In this document: piece after piece, positions 14,223-23,558 of the stretch
Layout: every line of letters starts with the position of its first letter
How positions within the stretch are numbered: the stretch's first letter is position 1
From: a virus
Lineage: Duplodnaviria; Caudoviricetes
IMG/VR virus record: IMGVR_UViG_3300033076_000563
Location: 1 to 26,237 of that record
Direction: 5' to 3' (one strand)
Length of the DNA: 26,237 bases
Translations under genes and position numbers: made by a program
The notes under the pieces: model-generated
Told to the model about the DNA's origin: nothing
The model's input: only the letters and a program-made list of their open reading frames with translations
Databases searched by the model: none

Positions 14223-15465
14223 CTTATTATATTTATTAAATAAATATAACTATAATAATTATAATAAATATATTAATTATAATTATATAAAGAAAGAATA
14301 TATAGATTTATATAAATTATATATTACTCTTAAAGAACTATGGGAGGTTGTTCCTCCTGAAAAGGAACAACTCTCCCTACAAGAATTGCATGTGTTCTTT
14401 GACACATGCTATCCGGCTCTTTCGCAAAGCGAGAAGGCCGGTATTGATCTTCTATTCGATACCTTAGCAGGTATCCAACTAGATGCGTCTGTTGTGGATT
14501 CTATTGTTCAGACGCATCGGGAGCAAGCGCAAGCTAATGAGCTTGCTTCACTCGCGTATGATGTTTCCGTCGGCAAGGCCGACTATACTTCCTTTAGGGA
14601 AAGGTTTCTTGACTATGAAAAGACTTCTCCGATATTGGTCTCGGAAAATCCATTCGTGGAAGATGGATTGGATGAACTATATACTGATACGTACAATAAA
14701 CCAGGTGTTAAATTCCCAATTATCACTCTACGAAAAATGCTTGGATCGCTACGACAGGGCGACTTTGGCTTCATTTTTACTAGACCAGAAGTTGGAAAAA
14801 CAACTTTCCTCGCGCATATTGGAAGCTTCTTTGCTAATCAAATTGACCGACCACTTCTTCACTTTAACAATGAAGAGGAAGGACGGAAAATTCAGATACG
14901 TTACTATCAAGCTGCTCTAGGTGTAACAGTAAACCAATTGTTCTCTAATCGTAAAGCTAACGAGGAGGCGTATAGAAATTACACCAAGGACAACATCAAG
15001 ATTTACGATAGTGCTGCTCTATCTAAACATGAGATAGAGGATATCTGTGAGAAGTTTAACCCTGCTGTAATTTTTATAGACAGCATAGATAAGATTAAAG
15101 GATTTAACGATGACCGAGACGATCTCGTTTACAAAGCCATATATCAATGGGCTAGGGAGCTTGCTAAAAGATATGGCCCCGTCGTTGGCGCGTGCCATGC
15201 GTCTGTCTCTGCCGAAGGAAAAAAGTGGTTGGAAATGGATGACGTTGCGTATGCTAAAACAGCTAAGCAAGGAGAGGCTGACTGGATACTTGGAATTGGA
15301 CAATCGCATGACCTTGGTATGGAATCCGTCCGTCATCTCCATCTTTGTAAAAACAAATTACTCGGGGATGCAGATATGGTGGAGACCTATAGACATGGAC
15401 GCTTTGATGTCCGCATATTCCCCGAAATCGCGCAATATGGAGACATTGTGGAGTTCGATGAATGA
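14200..15465 (+). CDS. Replicative DnaB-like (SF4) helicase
   Basis: Walker A RPEVGKTT, NEE, Walker B IFIDSIDK, KQGEADWI and KNK motifs. Confidence 0.93.
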   Translation: MITKEYILLLYLLNKYNYNNYNKYINYNYIKKEYIDLYKLYITLKELWEVVPPEKEQLSLQELHVFFDTCYPALSQSEKAGIDLLFDTLAGIQLDASVVDSIVQTHREQAQANELASLAYDVSVGKADYTSFRERFLDYEKTSPILVSENPFVEDGLDELYTDTYNKPGVKFPIITLRKMLGSLRQGDFGFIFTRPEVGKTTFLAHIGSFFANQIDRPLLHFNNEEEGRKIQIRYYQAALGVTVNQLFSNRKANEEAYRNYTKDNIKIYDSAALSKHEIEDICEKFNPAVIFIDSIDKIKGFNDDRDDLVYKAIYQWARELAKRYGPVVGACHASVSAEGKKWLEMDDVAYAKTAKQGEADWILGIGQSHDLGMESVRHLHLCKNKLLGDADMVETYRHGRFDVRIFPEIAQYGDIVEFDE

Positions 15466-15647
15466 AAACAGAAGTTACTAGAAGTCAATTATTAGGCTGC
15501 GTACGAGTAATGCAAGATGCTGAATCTATGTTAGGAGAATATATAGGGCAACTAGAGGAACATCCAACAGAGACGTTAAAGTATAGTGAGGTTATGTGGT
15601 ATCTAAAATATGTTCGAGATATGTTAGCCGACAGTATCGATGAATAA
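15462..15647 (+). CDS. Hypothetical protein, 61 aa
   Basis: Overlaps both neighbouring genes. Confidence 0.7.
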   Translation: MKTEVTRSQLLGCVRVMQDAESMLGEYIGQLEEHPTETLKYSEVMWYLKYVRDMLADSIDE

Positions 15648-16818
15648 CATCTTCGTATTCGATTGTGAAACAACAGGAGCTATCCGTAATAAGGGTCATC
15701 CGTTTGATCCACGGAATAAGTTGTGTACTTTAACTTGGTTAATTCCGGAAGAATTAGATAAGTCATCATGGTGTTGGGATATAGAATATACAGCATTACC
15801 TTACGGGAAATCTATTGAAGTTCTTCAAGGCAAGATATTAAACTCAAAGGTAATCGTAGGATTCAATCTCAAATTTGACGTACATTGGGGGCGACGTTAT
15901 GGTTTAGATTTCAGCGGTAAGAAATGGTGGGATTGTCAGATAGCACACTTCATTCTCACTAACCAAACACATCCTTATCCTTCTCTAGATGAGGTGGCGA
16001 GCTACTATGGACTACCTGCAAAACTTGATAAAGTCCGTGTCGATTATTGGGATCAAGGCATTGATACGGATGCCGTGCCGTGGGAGATTCTTAAAGAATA
16101 CGCGGAGCAAGATGTTGATCTTACTTATCAGATTTATTTGCGTCAGATTGTGCAAGCAAAAGAATCTGGAAAGTTGGCGCTTATTGAGTTGGCAATGGAG
16201 GATTGTATCACATTTGAGGAAATGGAATTCAACGGGTTTAAATACGACTTCGAGTTATCCAAGAAGAAAGCAATTGAATGTCTCGAAAAGATTAGTACAT
16301 ATCAAAAGACATTAAATAGTCTTGGTCCATATGAGGAACTTACTTGGACTAATGAGCAAATCTCTGCTGTACTTTACGGTGGTACTGTAACATTTGATTA
16401 CCAAGAGGATTTCTTATTTGTGTATAAGAATCCAAAGAAGGAGCCTGTATGGAAGAAAAGATGGAGGACCCGTGATGTTGTGTTTCCTCGATTAGTTGAG
16501 CCACTTAATGGTAGTGAGATGAAGAAAGAGGGTATCTTTGCTACCGATGAAAAGACACTTCGCTCTATTAAACCGAATGGTCTAGCTAAACAGATTATAT
16601 ATAACATTCTATTAATTCGTGAACAGGAGAAATTGAATGGGACCTACTACTCCGGTCTGGTGGAGAAAGCACAAGAGTTCGGGTGGGATGATGGGTATAT
16701 TCACGGTCAGCTTAATCAGTGTGTTGCCCGGACTGGTCGTAGTGCTTCTAGCAATCCTAATCTTCAAAATATTGCTGGTGATGTTAAAGAGTGTTTCGTG
16801 AGTCGTTATGCTAATTGA
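15640..16818 (+). CDS. polA: Family A DNA polymerase, N-terminal part (3'-5' exonuclease and thumb)
   Basis: ExoI DCET, ExoII GFNLKFD, ExoIII YAEQD; ARTGRSASSNPNLQNI near the C terminus. Confidence 0.92.
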   Translation: MNNIFVFDCETTGAIRNKGHPFDPRNKLCTLTWLIPEELDKSSWCWDIEYTALPYGKSIEVLQGKILNSKVIVGFNLKFDVHWGRRYGLDFSGKKWWDCQIAHFILTNQTHPYPSLDEVASYYGLPAKLDKVRVDYWDQGIDTDAVPWEILKEYAEQDVDLTYQIYLRQIVQAKESGKLALIELAMEDCITFEEMEFNGFKYDFELSKKKAIECLEKISTYQKTLNSLGPYEELTWTNEQISAVLYGGTVTFDYQEDFLFVYKNPKKEPVWKKRWRTRDVVFPRLVEPLNGSEMKKEGIFATDEKTLRSIKPNGLAKQIIYNILLIREQEKLNGTYYSGLVEKAQEFGWDDGYIHGQLNQCVARTGRSASSNPNLQNIAGDVKECFVSRYAN

Positions 16819-17536
16819 AGCCGATGCATCTGGACTGGAATGGAGGACGTATGTATTCTTATCGCAAGACTATGAAGGGTTACAAGAGATCATTAAGGGT
16901 GAAGACATACATTCCAATAATCAAAAATACTTTAAACTGCCGGAACGTCTTGTTGCTAAGAAGTTCTTATTTCGTGGTATTTACCGCGGACCCGCTTGGT
17001 CTTACGCCAATGATCCTGAATTCTCTCACGTCTCCAAGTCGGAAAAGTTTTGGCAAAAAATTATTGATGCGTTCTTTGAAAAATACTATGGGCTTGCTGA
17101 AATTCAAAAGCAATATCTCGAAGAAGTATCTAGAACCGGTAAACTTGTTGTTAAATCAACCGGTCGTACCTATGAGTTTAACAATTATGGGACGAAAGAT
17201 TCGTCGAGATATGTTGGTGGCTATAAAGTATCTGAGATTGTCAACTATCCAAACCAAGGGATGGGGGACACGGTCATGGCTATCGCACGCACATCTGCGC
17301 GTAAGAGGTTGGCGTCGATTGCCTCTTGTAAGTTAGTTGATTCTGTTCACGATTCTATTATTGTTGACACACCGGAGGAAACATGCGATAATGTTAGTAC
17401 CACTCTGATTAAATGCTTTAACGATGTACCACTAAACTTTAAGAGACACTTTGGCGTTGATTGGAATGTCCCCATTGATGCCGAGATTAAAGTTGGAAAA
17501 GACTGGGGACATATGACAAAGATGAAAGGGCATTAA
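16808..17536 (+). CDS. polA: Family A DNA polymerase, C-terminal catalytic part
   Basis: Motif A DASGLEWR, motif B RLVAKKFLFRGIY, NYPNQG and motif C VHDS. Confidence 0.92.
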   Translation: MLIEADASGLEWRTYVFLSQDYEGLQEIIKGEDIHSNNQKYFKLPERLVAKKFLFRGIYRGPAWSYANDPEFSHVSKSEKFWQKIIDAFFEKYYGLAEIQKQYLEEVSRTGKLVVKSTGRTYEFNNYGTKDSSRYVGGYKVSEIVNYPNQGMGDTVMAIARTSARKRLASIASCKLVDSVHDSIIVDTPEETCDNVSTTLIKCFNDVPLNFKRHFGVDWNVPIDAEIKVGKDWGHMTKMKGH

Positions 17537-17539
17537 TAA

Positions 17540-18025
17540 ATGCAAATTACTATTCGTAGTATTAGTGAGGTATCTTCTCAGAAGAAGGGTAAGTCTTTTT
17601 GGAAGCAGTACGAGCTTGAATATACAGGAGATCAGGGTGACAAGAAACGCACCATGCGTTCCTTTGAAGGTGACGGCAAAGCATTCAACGAAATTCTTAA
17701 CATGGAAGTAGGTGATGTTGTCGATGTATCAGTTAAAAAGGAGGGGGATTACTGGGTCTGGACCGGTGCTACGAAAGTTAATAAGGCATCAGCAGCTAGT
17801 GCGCCAACGACTACGAAAGGCGGTTCTTGGGAAACTGCGGAAGAACGTGAATGGAATCGTATTCGCATTGGTCGTCAAGCTGCACTTAATACGGCAGTGG
17901 CTATCCTCAAGAATGATGGGAAAGCACTAGACCTCGCTGTTGTGATTGATGTTGCTGCACAACTTGAGGATTGGGTACAGCGTAGTGATGATCCGTCCAT
18001 GTTCCAACAAGAGGATATTCAGTAG
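17540..18025 (+). CDS. Hypothetical protein, possibly ssDNA-binding
   Basis: Beta-rich N terminus, acidic C-terminal tail, located between polymerase and exonuclease; function inferred from context only. Confidence 0.55.
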   Translation: MQITIRSISEVSSQKKGKSFWKQYELEYTGDQGDKKRTMRSFEGDGKAFNEILNMEVGDVVDVSVKKEGDYWVWTGATKVNKASAASAPTTTKGGSWETAEEREWNRIRIGRQAALNTAVAILKNDGKALDLAVVIDVAAQLEDWVQRSDDPSMFQQEDIQ

Positions 18026-18768
18026 TGATAGCTCTAATTGACGGTGATGTTCTTGTTTACGTGATTGGTTTCTCCTCTCAAACTACTGATAAAGAGAATG
18101 ACTGTATTATTCCGGAAGAAGAGTGGATTGCCAAGGCACGTATGGATACGCAGATTAAAAATATCCAACAGATAACAGGTGCCAATGACTATAAAATTTA
18201 CTTATCTGATAGCAAGAACAATTTCCGGAAGCAACTCTTTCCTTTGTACAAAGCTAATCGTACACAAGAGAAGCCGTTTCACTATGAGTTGCTAATCAAT
18301 TATCTTCTAGATGTATACGATACGGAGGTGGCCTTTGACCAAGAGGCGGACGACGCACTAGGTATCCATCAATGCCAGAATCCTGATACGATTATCTGCT
18401 CCATTGACAAAGACCTATTGCAAATCCCAGGTAAACACTATGACTTCCGCAAAGATGTATTCCACAGCATTAAACCCACCGAAGGACTCTATCGTTTCTA
18501 CAAACAAATTCTTGTTGGAGATTCGACGGATAACATCACGCCAGCTACAGGGCTCTCGTGTCCTGGTGTCGGCGAAAAACGGGCTGCTGCTGTTCTTGAA
18601 GGATGTACGAACGAATCGGAATACTTTGCTGCCGTAAAGGATATGTACTTTAAGAAAGTATCTGGAACAGAGCAAGAGATTCTAGATCGTTTGTTACTGA
18701 CTGGACAACTCCTTAAAATTAGAACAAAACCGGAGGAGCTTTGGAGTTTCCCCATTATATCAAATTAA
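18025..18768 (+). CDS. 5'-3' exonuclease / flap endonuclease (T7 gp6-like)
   Basis: IDGD, YKANR, EADD, DKDL, GDSTDNI and GVGEK motifs. Confidence 0.93.
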   Translation: MIALIDGDVLVYVIGFSSQTTDKENDCIIPEEEWIAKARMDTQIKNIQQITGANDYKIYLSDSKNNFRKQLFPLYKANRTQEKPFHYELLINYLLDVYDTEVAFDQEADDALGIHQCQNPDTIICSIDKDLLQIPGKHYDFRKDVFHSIKPTEGLYRFYKQILVGDSTDNITPATGLSCPGVGEKRAAAVLEGCTNESEYFAAVKDMYFKKVSGTEQEILDRLLLTGQLLKIRTKPEELWSFPIISN

Positions 18769-18962
18769 AATGTGGTGCACTTGCAACAATCTACGATGAT
18801 GTTGGAGTTGGTGACAAGCCCTTAGTTGGGGCTTACTTGACTAGGCATAAGGATCATAATGAATGGATTCCTATATCATGGTCACGGGAGGGTAAGTACA
18901 ACCCCTCTTTAAAATCAACCAACCTGGATTTTAACCTTGAGGAATTTAAAGAAGCCTGCTAA
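18741..18962 (+). CDS. Hypothetical protein, 73 aa
   Basis: GGAGG ribosome-binding site before a TTG start. Confidence 0.7.
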   Translation: MEFPHYIKLKCGALATIYDDVGVGDKPLVGAYLTRHKDHNEWIPISWSREGKYNPSLKSTNLDFNLEEFKEAC

Positions 18963-19368
18963 ACTACAAGACTGGAAGACTCTTGGTTACAAATCGAAAT
19001 GGGAGTTCTCGGTAGCACAACAGCTAGAAGATAACAATCTTCCAAACTTGTATGAGACTGTAAAGTTATCCTACACTATACCGGAAACACAACACTCATA
19101 CAAACCGGATTTCCCATTTAAAGATTCTGGTATATACATAGAAGCTAAAGGTAAGTTTGATGCCACAGATAGGCGCAAACACCTATTACTAAAAGAACAA
19201 TATCCAGACACTCTCATCTGCATCGTATTTCAGAATGCTAATGTGAAACTACGAAAAGGCAGCCCCACCTCTTATGGGCAATGGTGTGAGAAACATGGTA
19301 TTGAGTATTCCAATAAAATAATTAAAAAGGAATGGATTGATGCAATTAACAAACTTTCGTCTAAATGA
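18937..19368 (+). CDS. T7 endonuclease I-like Holliday junction resolvase
   Basis: YKSKWE, YKPDF, IEAKG and DRRKHLL motifs. Confidence 0.9.
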   Translation: MRNLKKPAKLQDWKTLGYKSKWEFSVAQQLEDNNLPNLYETVKLSYTIPETQHSYKPDFPFKDSGIYIEAKGKFDATDRRKHLLLKEQYPDTLICIVFQNANVKLRKGSPTSYGQWCEKHGIEYSNKIIKKEWIDAINKLSSK

Positions 19369-19594
19369 AGAGGGGCATCCTGTATTTGATGCAACCTTCA
19401 ATAAAGAAGAACATAACTATCTACTGATGGTTGCTCTTGGTGTGCTTATTCAAGCAGGTATTGCTAACATGAAGATTCTATCTGCAACTGCGGAGACTAT
19501 TGCACAAATGGAAGAGGCAGCAGAGGCAAGCCCACAAGCTGTGTTTGATTTTAATATTGACTTGGAAAATATTAAACCTGCGGGGAATGCATAA
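19340..19594 (+). CDS. Hypothetical protein, about 84 aa
   Basis: AAGGA ribosome-binding site; TAATG coupling to the next gene. Confidence 0.7.
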   Translation: MQLTNFRLNEEGHPVFDATFNKEEHNYLLMVALGVLIQAGIANMKILSATAETIAQMEEAAEASPQAVFDFNIDLENIKPAGNA

Positions 19595-20157
19595 TGCAAA
19601 TAGACCCACAACGGTATCTTGATTTAGTAGAAGGCGCTGATAAACTAGCCTTCGTAGATATAGAAGCGACTGGATTAAAAGGTGACTACAACTCTGTCTT
19701 GGTGGTTAGTATTAAACCTTATAAACAATCTCCTTATAGTTTTAGTATCAAGCAAGTTGGCAACGATCAGCGAGTTCTTCGAGAAGCAGCCGAAGCATTG
19801 GAAGACTACGATTGCTGGGTCACGTACTACGGTAGCGGCTTCGATATACCTATGCTTAATACTCGTCTGCTCAAATGGGATCGGCCTCCTCTTGTTAAAC
19901 GCCATCATATCGACATGTACTACAAACTAAAGAGTCATATCCTTACTGGTCGTAGGTCGCAGGGACACCTGCTTAATTGGCTAGGTACGGATGAACAGAA
20001 GTTATCTGTGACTCCTAACGCTTGGAGTGAGATGGGATACAAGGTAGACGAGCATCTCCCACTTATGATTGAACGATGTGAGTCTGATGTAAGGGGACTA
20101 CAAGCTCTCTACGAACGTACTCGTCATTTAATCCGTGATATTAAGGTGTATAATTAA
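19594..20157 (+). CDS. Stand-alone DEDD / RNase H-like 3'-5' exonuclease
   Basis: VDIEATG, YYGSGFDIP and CESDV motifs. Confidence 0.85.
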   Translation: MQIDPQRYLDLVEGADKLAFVDIEATGLKGDYNSVLVVSIKPYKQSPYSFSIKQVGNDQRVLREAAEALEDYDCWVTYYGSGFDIPMLNTRLLKWDRPPLVKRHHIDMYYKLKSHILTGRRSQGHLLNWLGTDEQKLSVTPNAWSEMGYKVDEHLPLMIERCESDVRGLQALYERTRHLIRDIKVYN

Positions 20158-20158
20158 A

Positions 20159-20362
20159 ATGGAAATCAAAAAGGTTGAAAGGAAAATCTATGATGTATTC
20201 CTCGGAAACGGATGGGATAACTGGAGCCGCGTCAGCGTACAAGGATCAGGTCCAACAAGCAAGCTTTGGGTTATTAAAGGAGACAAACTTAGCGGGAATC
20301 AGTTGGAAGACGTTAAATCCAGAATTATCGACTATGAGACCAACCTATTACAAGCGGGGTAA
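20159..20362 (+). CDS. Hypothetical protein, about 67 aa
   Basis: AAGG upstream; ATG immediately after the previous stop. Confidence 0.7.
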   Translation: MEIKKVERKIYDVFLGNGWDNWSRVSVQGSGPTSKLWVIKGDKLSGNQLEDVKSRIIDYETNLLQAG

Positions 20363-20708
20363 CATAGAGGCGTTTGACGTTATTGACGCATGGGACCTGG
20401 ACTTCTATCTAGGTAACGTGATTAAATATATTTGTAGAGCTGGATATAAAACAAAAGAACCACACACTGACTTAATGAAAGCAAAGGAATATCTTGAACA
20501 TGCTATTAAGAAGCATAATCCTAACGTGTCTCTTGACACTGCCTATGATCACTACAACGAGTGCAGAGCCGAAGAGTATCGAATGTATGAATCACAGCCT
20601 GTTCGCGTACAGTGCAGCACTGGCACGCGACCGTGGGATGCCAGTGGGAACATACCAACTCAACCTATCGACTATCATTCGGGAACATCCGGAGTTAGGG
20701 GTAAGTGA
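20334..20708 (+). CDS. DUF3310-type protein (T7 gp1.7 nucleotide kinase-like)
   Basis: YYKRGNIEAFDVI...FYLGNVIKYICRAGYK...DLMKAKEYL. Confidence 0.82.
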   Translation: MRPTYYKRGNIEAFDVIDAWDLDFYLGNVIKYICRAGYKTKEPHTDLMKAKEYLEHAIKKHNPNVSLDTAYDHYNECRAEEYRMYESQPVRVQCSTGTRPWDASGNIPTQPIDYHSGTSGVRGK

Positions 20709-20832
20709 GGACGATCAGAACTATATGTTACGTCTAGCTTCCCAAGTATATACGGAGTTAGCACACCTTACCCCTGACCAAGTAAAGGTATTGGTGTTTA
20801 CTACATGCGGAAAGGCAGGTAGTCGGATGTGA
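20500..20832 (+). CDS. Putative exported protein
   Basis: AAGGA ribosome-binding site; signal-peptide-like N terminus MLLRSIILTCLLTLPMITTTSA; two further Cys residues. Confidence 0.65.
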   Translation: MLLRSIILTCLLTLPMITTTSAEPKSIECMNHSLFAYSAALARDRGMPVGTYQLNLSTIIREHPELGVSEDDQNYMLRLASQVYTELAHLTPDQVKVLVFTTCGKAGSRM

Positions 20833-20987
20833 TTACTCAATACGAACTGGAGGAACGTCTCATCCGAGAGGATGAGACCGTTCTTCTCGAACTCCTAGAC
20901 CTCAATAGTGAGGATATTGTCAATGCATTTAAAGACAAGATAGAAGAGAGATTCTTCTATATAGTTAAAGAACTAGAATTGGAGTAG
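20829..20987 (+). CDS. Small acidic hypothetical protein, 52 aa (absent from the ORF track)
   Basis: GTGA-coupled start; reads MITQYELEERLIREDETVLLELLDLNSEDIVNAFKDKIEERFFYIVKELELE. Confidence 0.7.
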   Translation: MITQYELEERLIREDETVLLELLDLNSEDIVNAFKDKIEERFFYIVKELELE

Positions 20988-21050
20988 TGAATGGTAAGAA
21001 ATCAAGGGAGAACACACATGCTGCAAGTGTTCATAGGATCATAAATAAAT

Positions 21051-22919
21051 ATGTTTAATGATTTTAGTAAGTACATTCATTTAAGCAGATACGCTAGATG
21101 GAATGAGGTGGAGAATCGACGTGAAACATGGGAGGAAACTGTTGGGAGATATATTAGCTTTTTTCAGTCTAGGTTTGGTGATCTTTATCCTAGCGATATT
21201 ATTCGAGAAGCTATTTTATCTCTAGATGTTATGCCCTCTATGCGGGCCCTAATGACTGCTGGTCCTGCATTAGCAAGGGATAACATTGCTGGATACAACT
21301 GTTCCTATATTACAATCAACCATCCCCGTGCCTTTGATGAGGTTATGTACATCCTCATGTGCGGTACTGGTGTTGGTTTCTCTTGTGAAAGGCAATATGT
21401 AAATGAACTCCCAATCATCGCCGAATCCTTCTACGACTCCGACACAACAATCGTTGTTACCGATAGCCGTATTGGATGGGCAACTAGCTACCGTGAACTC
21501 ATTAGTCTCTTATATTCGGGGAAAGTACCTAAATGGGACTTATCTAGAGTGCGACCTGCTGGAGCTATCCTCAAAACTTTTGGAGGTCGCGCTTCTGGCC
21601 CAGGACCTCTGGATGAGTTGTTTAAATTTACAATCGCAACATTCAAAGCTGCAAAAGGACGTAAGTTAAATAGTCTGGAGGTACATGATCTTGTCTGTAA
21701 AATCGCTGATATTGTTGTCGTGGGTGGGGTACGGAGGTCTGCTCTTATCTCATTATCTAACCTCACTGATGAAAGGCTACGATCTGCTAAGGCCGGAGCG
21801 TGGTGGGAGGACTCTCCGCAACGGGCTCTTGCTAACAATAGCGTGGCTTACACTGAGCATCCTGACGCTGGTATATTTCTAAAGGAATGGTTGAATCTAT
21901 ATGAGTCTAAGTCCGGGGAACGAGGAATATTTAATAGAGTTGCAGCAACTCGTAAAGCTCGTGAGACAGATAGACGTGATCCTGACTATGATTTTGGAAC
22001 AAATCCGTGCGGAGAAATCATCCTCCGCCCCAACGGATTGTGTAATTTGTCTGAGGCAGTTATCCGACCTGACGACAGCTTTGAAAGAATCAAATATAAA
22101 GTCGGGATTGCAACAATCATTGGCACGTTTCAATCGACTCTTACAGACTTCCGATATGTGCGATCTGTGTGGAGCAAAAACTGCGAAGAAGAGCGGCTGC
22201 TCGGAGTAAGTCTTACTGGTATCATGGATCATCCAGACTTACAAAAACAAATCAGTTTTGGTTCTTTGAGGGCACTACGACAACATGCGATTGATACTAA
22301 TCTGGTATGGGCTACTAAGCTTGGGATTAATCCCTCAACTTCTATTACATGCGTCAAGCCCAGTGGAACTGTTAGTCAATTGGTTGGTTGCTCTAGTGGC
22401 ATACACCCTGCTTACAGTAAGCATTATATACGTACTGTACGCTCAGATATCAAAGACCCAATAACCACATTCCTCATTGATCAAGGAGTACCTAGCGAAC
22501 AGGATGTTACTAACCCACAAAATGTAGTATTCAGCTTTCCAATGAAAGCTCCGGACGGGGCAGTTACTCGTAACGATGTTACTGCTCTAGAACAACTAGA
22601 ACATTATAAAATATTCCGGGATAATTGGTGTGAGCATAATCCTTCTATTACTGTGTATTACCATCCTAGTGAGATACTGGAGATAGGGGCCTGGGTATAT
22701 AAGAACTTCGATAATCTAGGAGGTATTTCATTTCTACCACATAGCGATCATGTGTATCGACAAGCTCCGTATCAGGAGATTACAGAAGATGAGTACAACA
22801 AAAGAGTCGCTACATTCCCCGCCATTGATTGGAACAAATTTCAAGCGTATGAGAAATCCAATACGGGCACAGGTGGATACCACGAGTTGGCCTGTCATGG
22901 GGGAGTCTGCGAGTTATAA
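21051..22919 (+). CDS. nrdJ: Class II (adenosylcobalamin-dependent) ribonucleotide reductase
   Basis: PSMR, YNC, GGVRRSA, TNPCGE, CNL, KPSGT and C-terminal CHGGVCEL; no beta-subunit gene nearby. Confidence 0.92.
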   Translation: MFNDFSKYIHLSRYARWNEVENRRETWEETVGRYISFFQSRFGDLYPSDIIREAILSLDVMPSMRALMTAGPALARDNIAGYNCSYITINHPRAFDEVMYILMCGTGVGFSCERQYVNELPIIAESFYDSDTTIVVTDSRIGWATSYRELISLLYSGKVPKWDLSRVRPAGAILKTFGGRASGPGPLDELFKFTIATFKAAKGRKLNSLEVHDLVCKIADIVVVGGVRRSALISLSNLTDERLRSAKAGAWWEDSPQRALANNSVAYTEHPDAGIFLKEWLNLYESKSGERGIFNRVAATRKARETDRRDPDYDFGTNPCGEIILRPNGLCNLSEAVIRPDDSFERIKYKVGIATIIGTFQSTLTDFRYVRSVWSKNCEEERLLGVSLTGIMDHPDLQKQISFGSLRALRQHAIDTNLVWATKLGINPSTSITCVKPSGTVSQLVGCSSGIHPAYSKHYIRTVRSDIKDPITTFLIDQGVPSEQDVTNPQNVVFSFPMKAPDGAVTRNDVTALEQLEHYKIFRDNWCEHNPSITVYYHPSEILEIGAWVYKNFDNLGGISFLPHSDHVYRQAPYQEITEDEYNKRVATFPAIDWNKFQAYEKSNTGTGGYHELACHGGVCEL

Positions 22920-22930
22920 GGGATATATAG

Positions 22931-23320
22931 TTGTCTACACAATCCCCAAAAACAAAACAAGTTCTAGCGGAGGAGTTCTGTAATAGTGGAGTAATGTTAT
23001 TCGAGGCGAACAAAAGAAAATTGGGCCTTTCTCTTATGGAGAAGGCCCTTTCTCTTGATCCGGATAACGATACGATACGGTGTAACTATGTTAGCATGTT
23101 AAACCAATGTGGCTATAATCCAAAGGCTATACGATTCGCAGAGAGTGGTAATATATCCGATAGGATGGGTGCTATATTAGTCATATGCTACAGTGAGCTA
23201 GCCGACTTTGATAGTATGATGTTTTACGTTAAACAACTTAGCTTTATGCAGAAAGATGAAACTACAAAACCTAAATATCCTCGGGAAGACTTTCCAATTG
23301 AAATCCGTTACACCGGCTGA
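22931..23320 (+). CDS. Hypothetical protein with TPR-like helices
   Basis: G....EKALSLDPDN...NY pattern typical of TPR repeats. Confidence 0.6.
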   Translation: MSTQSPKTKQVLAEEFCNSGVMLFEANKRKLGLSLMEKALSLDPDNDTIRCNYVSMLNQCGYNPKAIRFAESGNISDRMGAILVICYSELADFDSMMFYVKQLSFMQKDETTKPKYPREDFPIEIRYTG

Positions 23321-23558
23321 TCTGGATTTATATGCTCCTGCTTCTATCGGGGCAACACGGTATAACGAATGTCTTATTAAATATCTAGATAATATTAAGG
23401 GAGATGAACTACGCGATACGCTACTACACGAAACAATACATGCCATCGACTACATAGCACAGATAGGACTCGAAGAAAAACAGGTCCACGCCCTAGCAAG
23501 CCTCCTCCTGTGCGTCCTCAAAGATAACAAAGAGTTTTCAAGGTGGCTTATTAAATGA
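23256..23558 (+). CDS. Small HExxH metallopeptidase-like protein
   Basis: TLLHETIHAI followed by EEKQV. Confidence 0.75.
   Translation: MKLQNLNILGKTFQLKSVTPADLDLYAPASIGATRYNECLIKYLDNIKGDELRDTLLHETIHAIDYIAQIGLEEKQVHALASLLLCVLKDNKEFSRWLIK

Noticed and set aside
16815-17336. 173-aa alternative-frame ORF within the polymerase
   Set aside because: No motif or ribosome-binding site; the overlapping frame carries all polymerase motifs.
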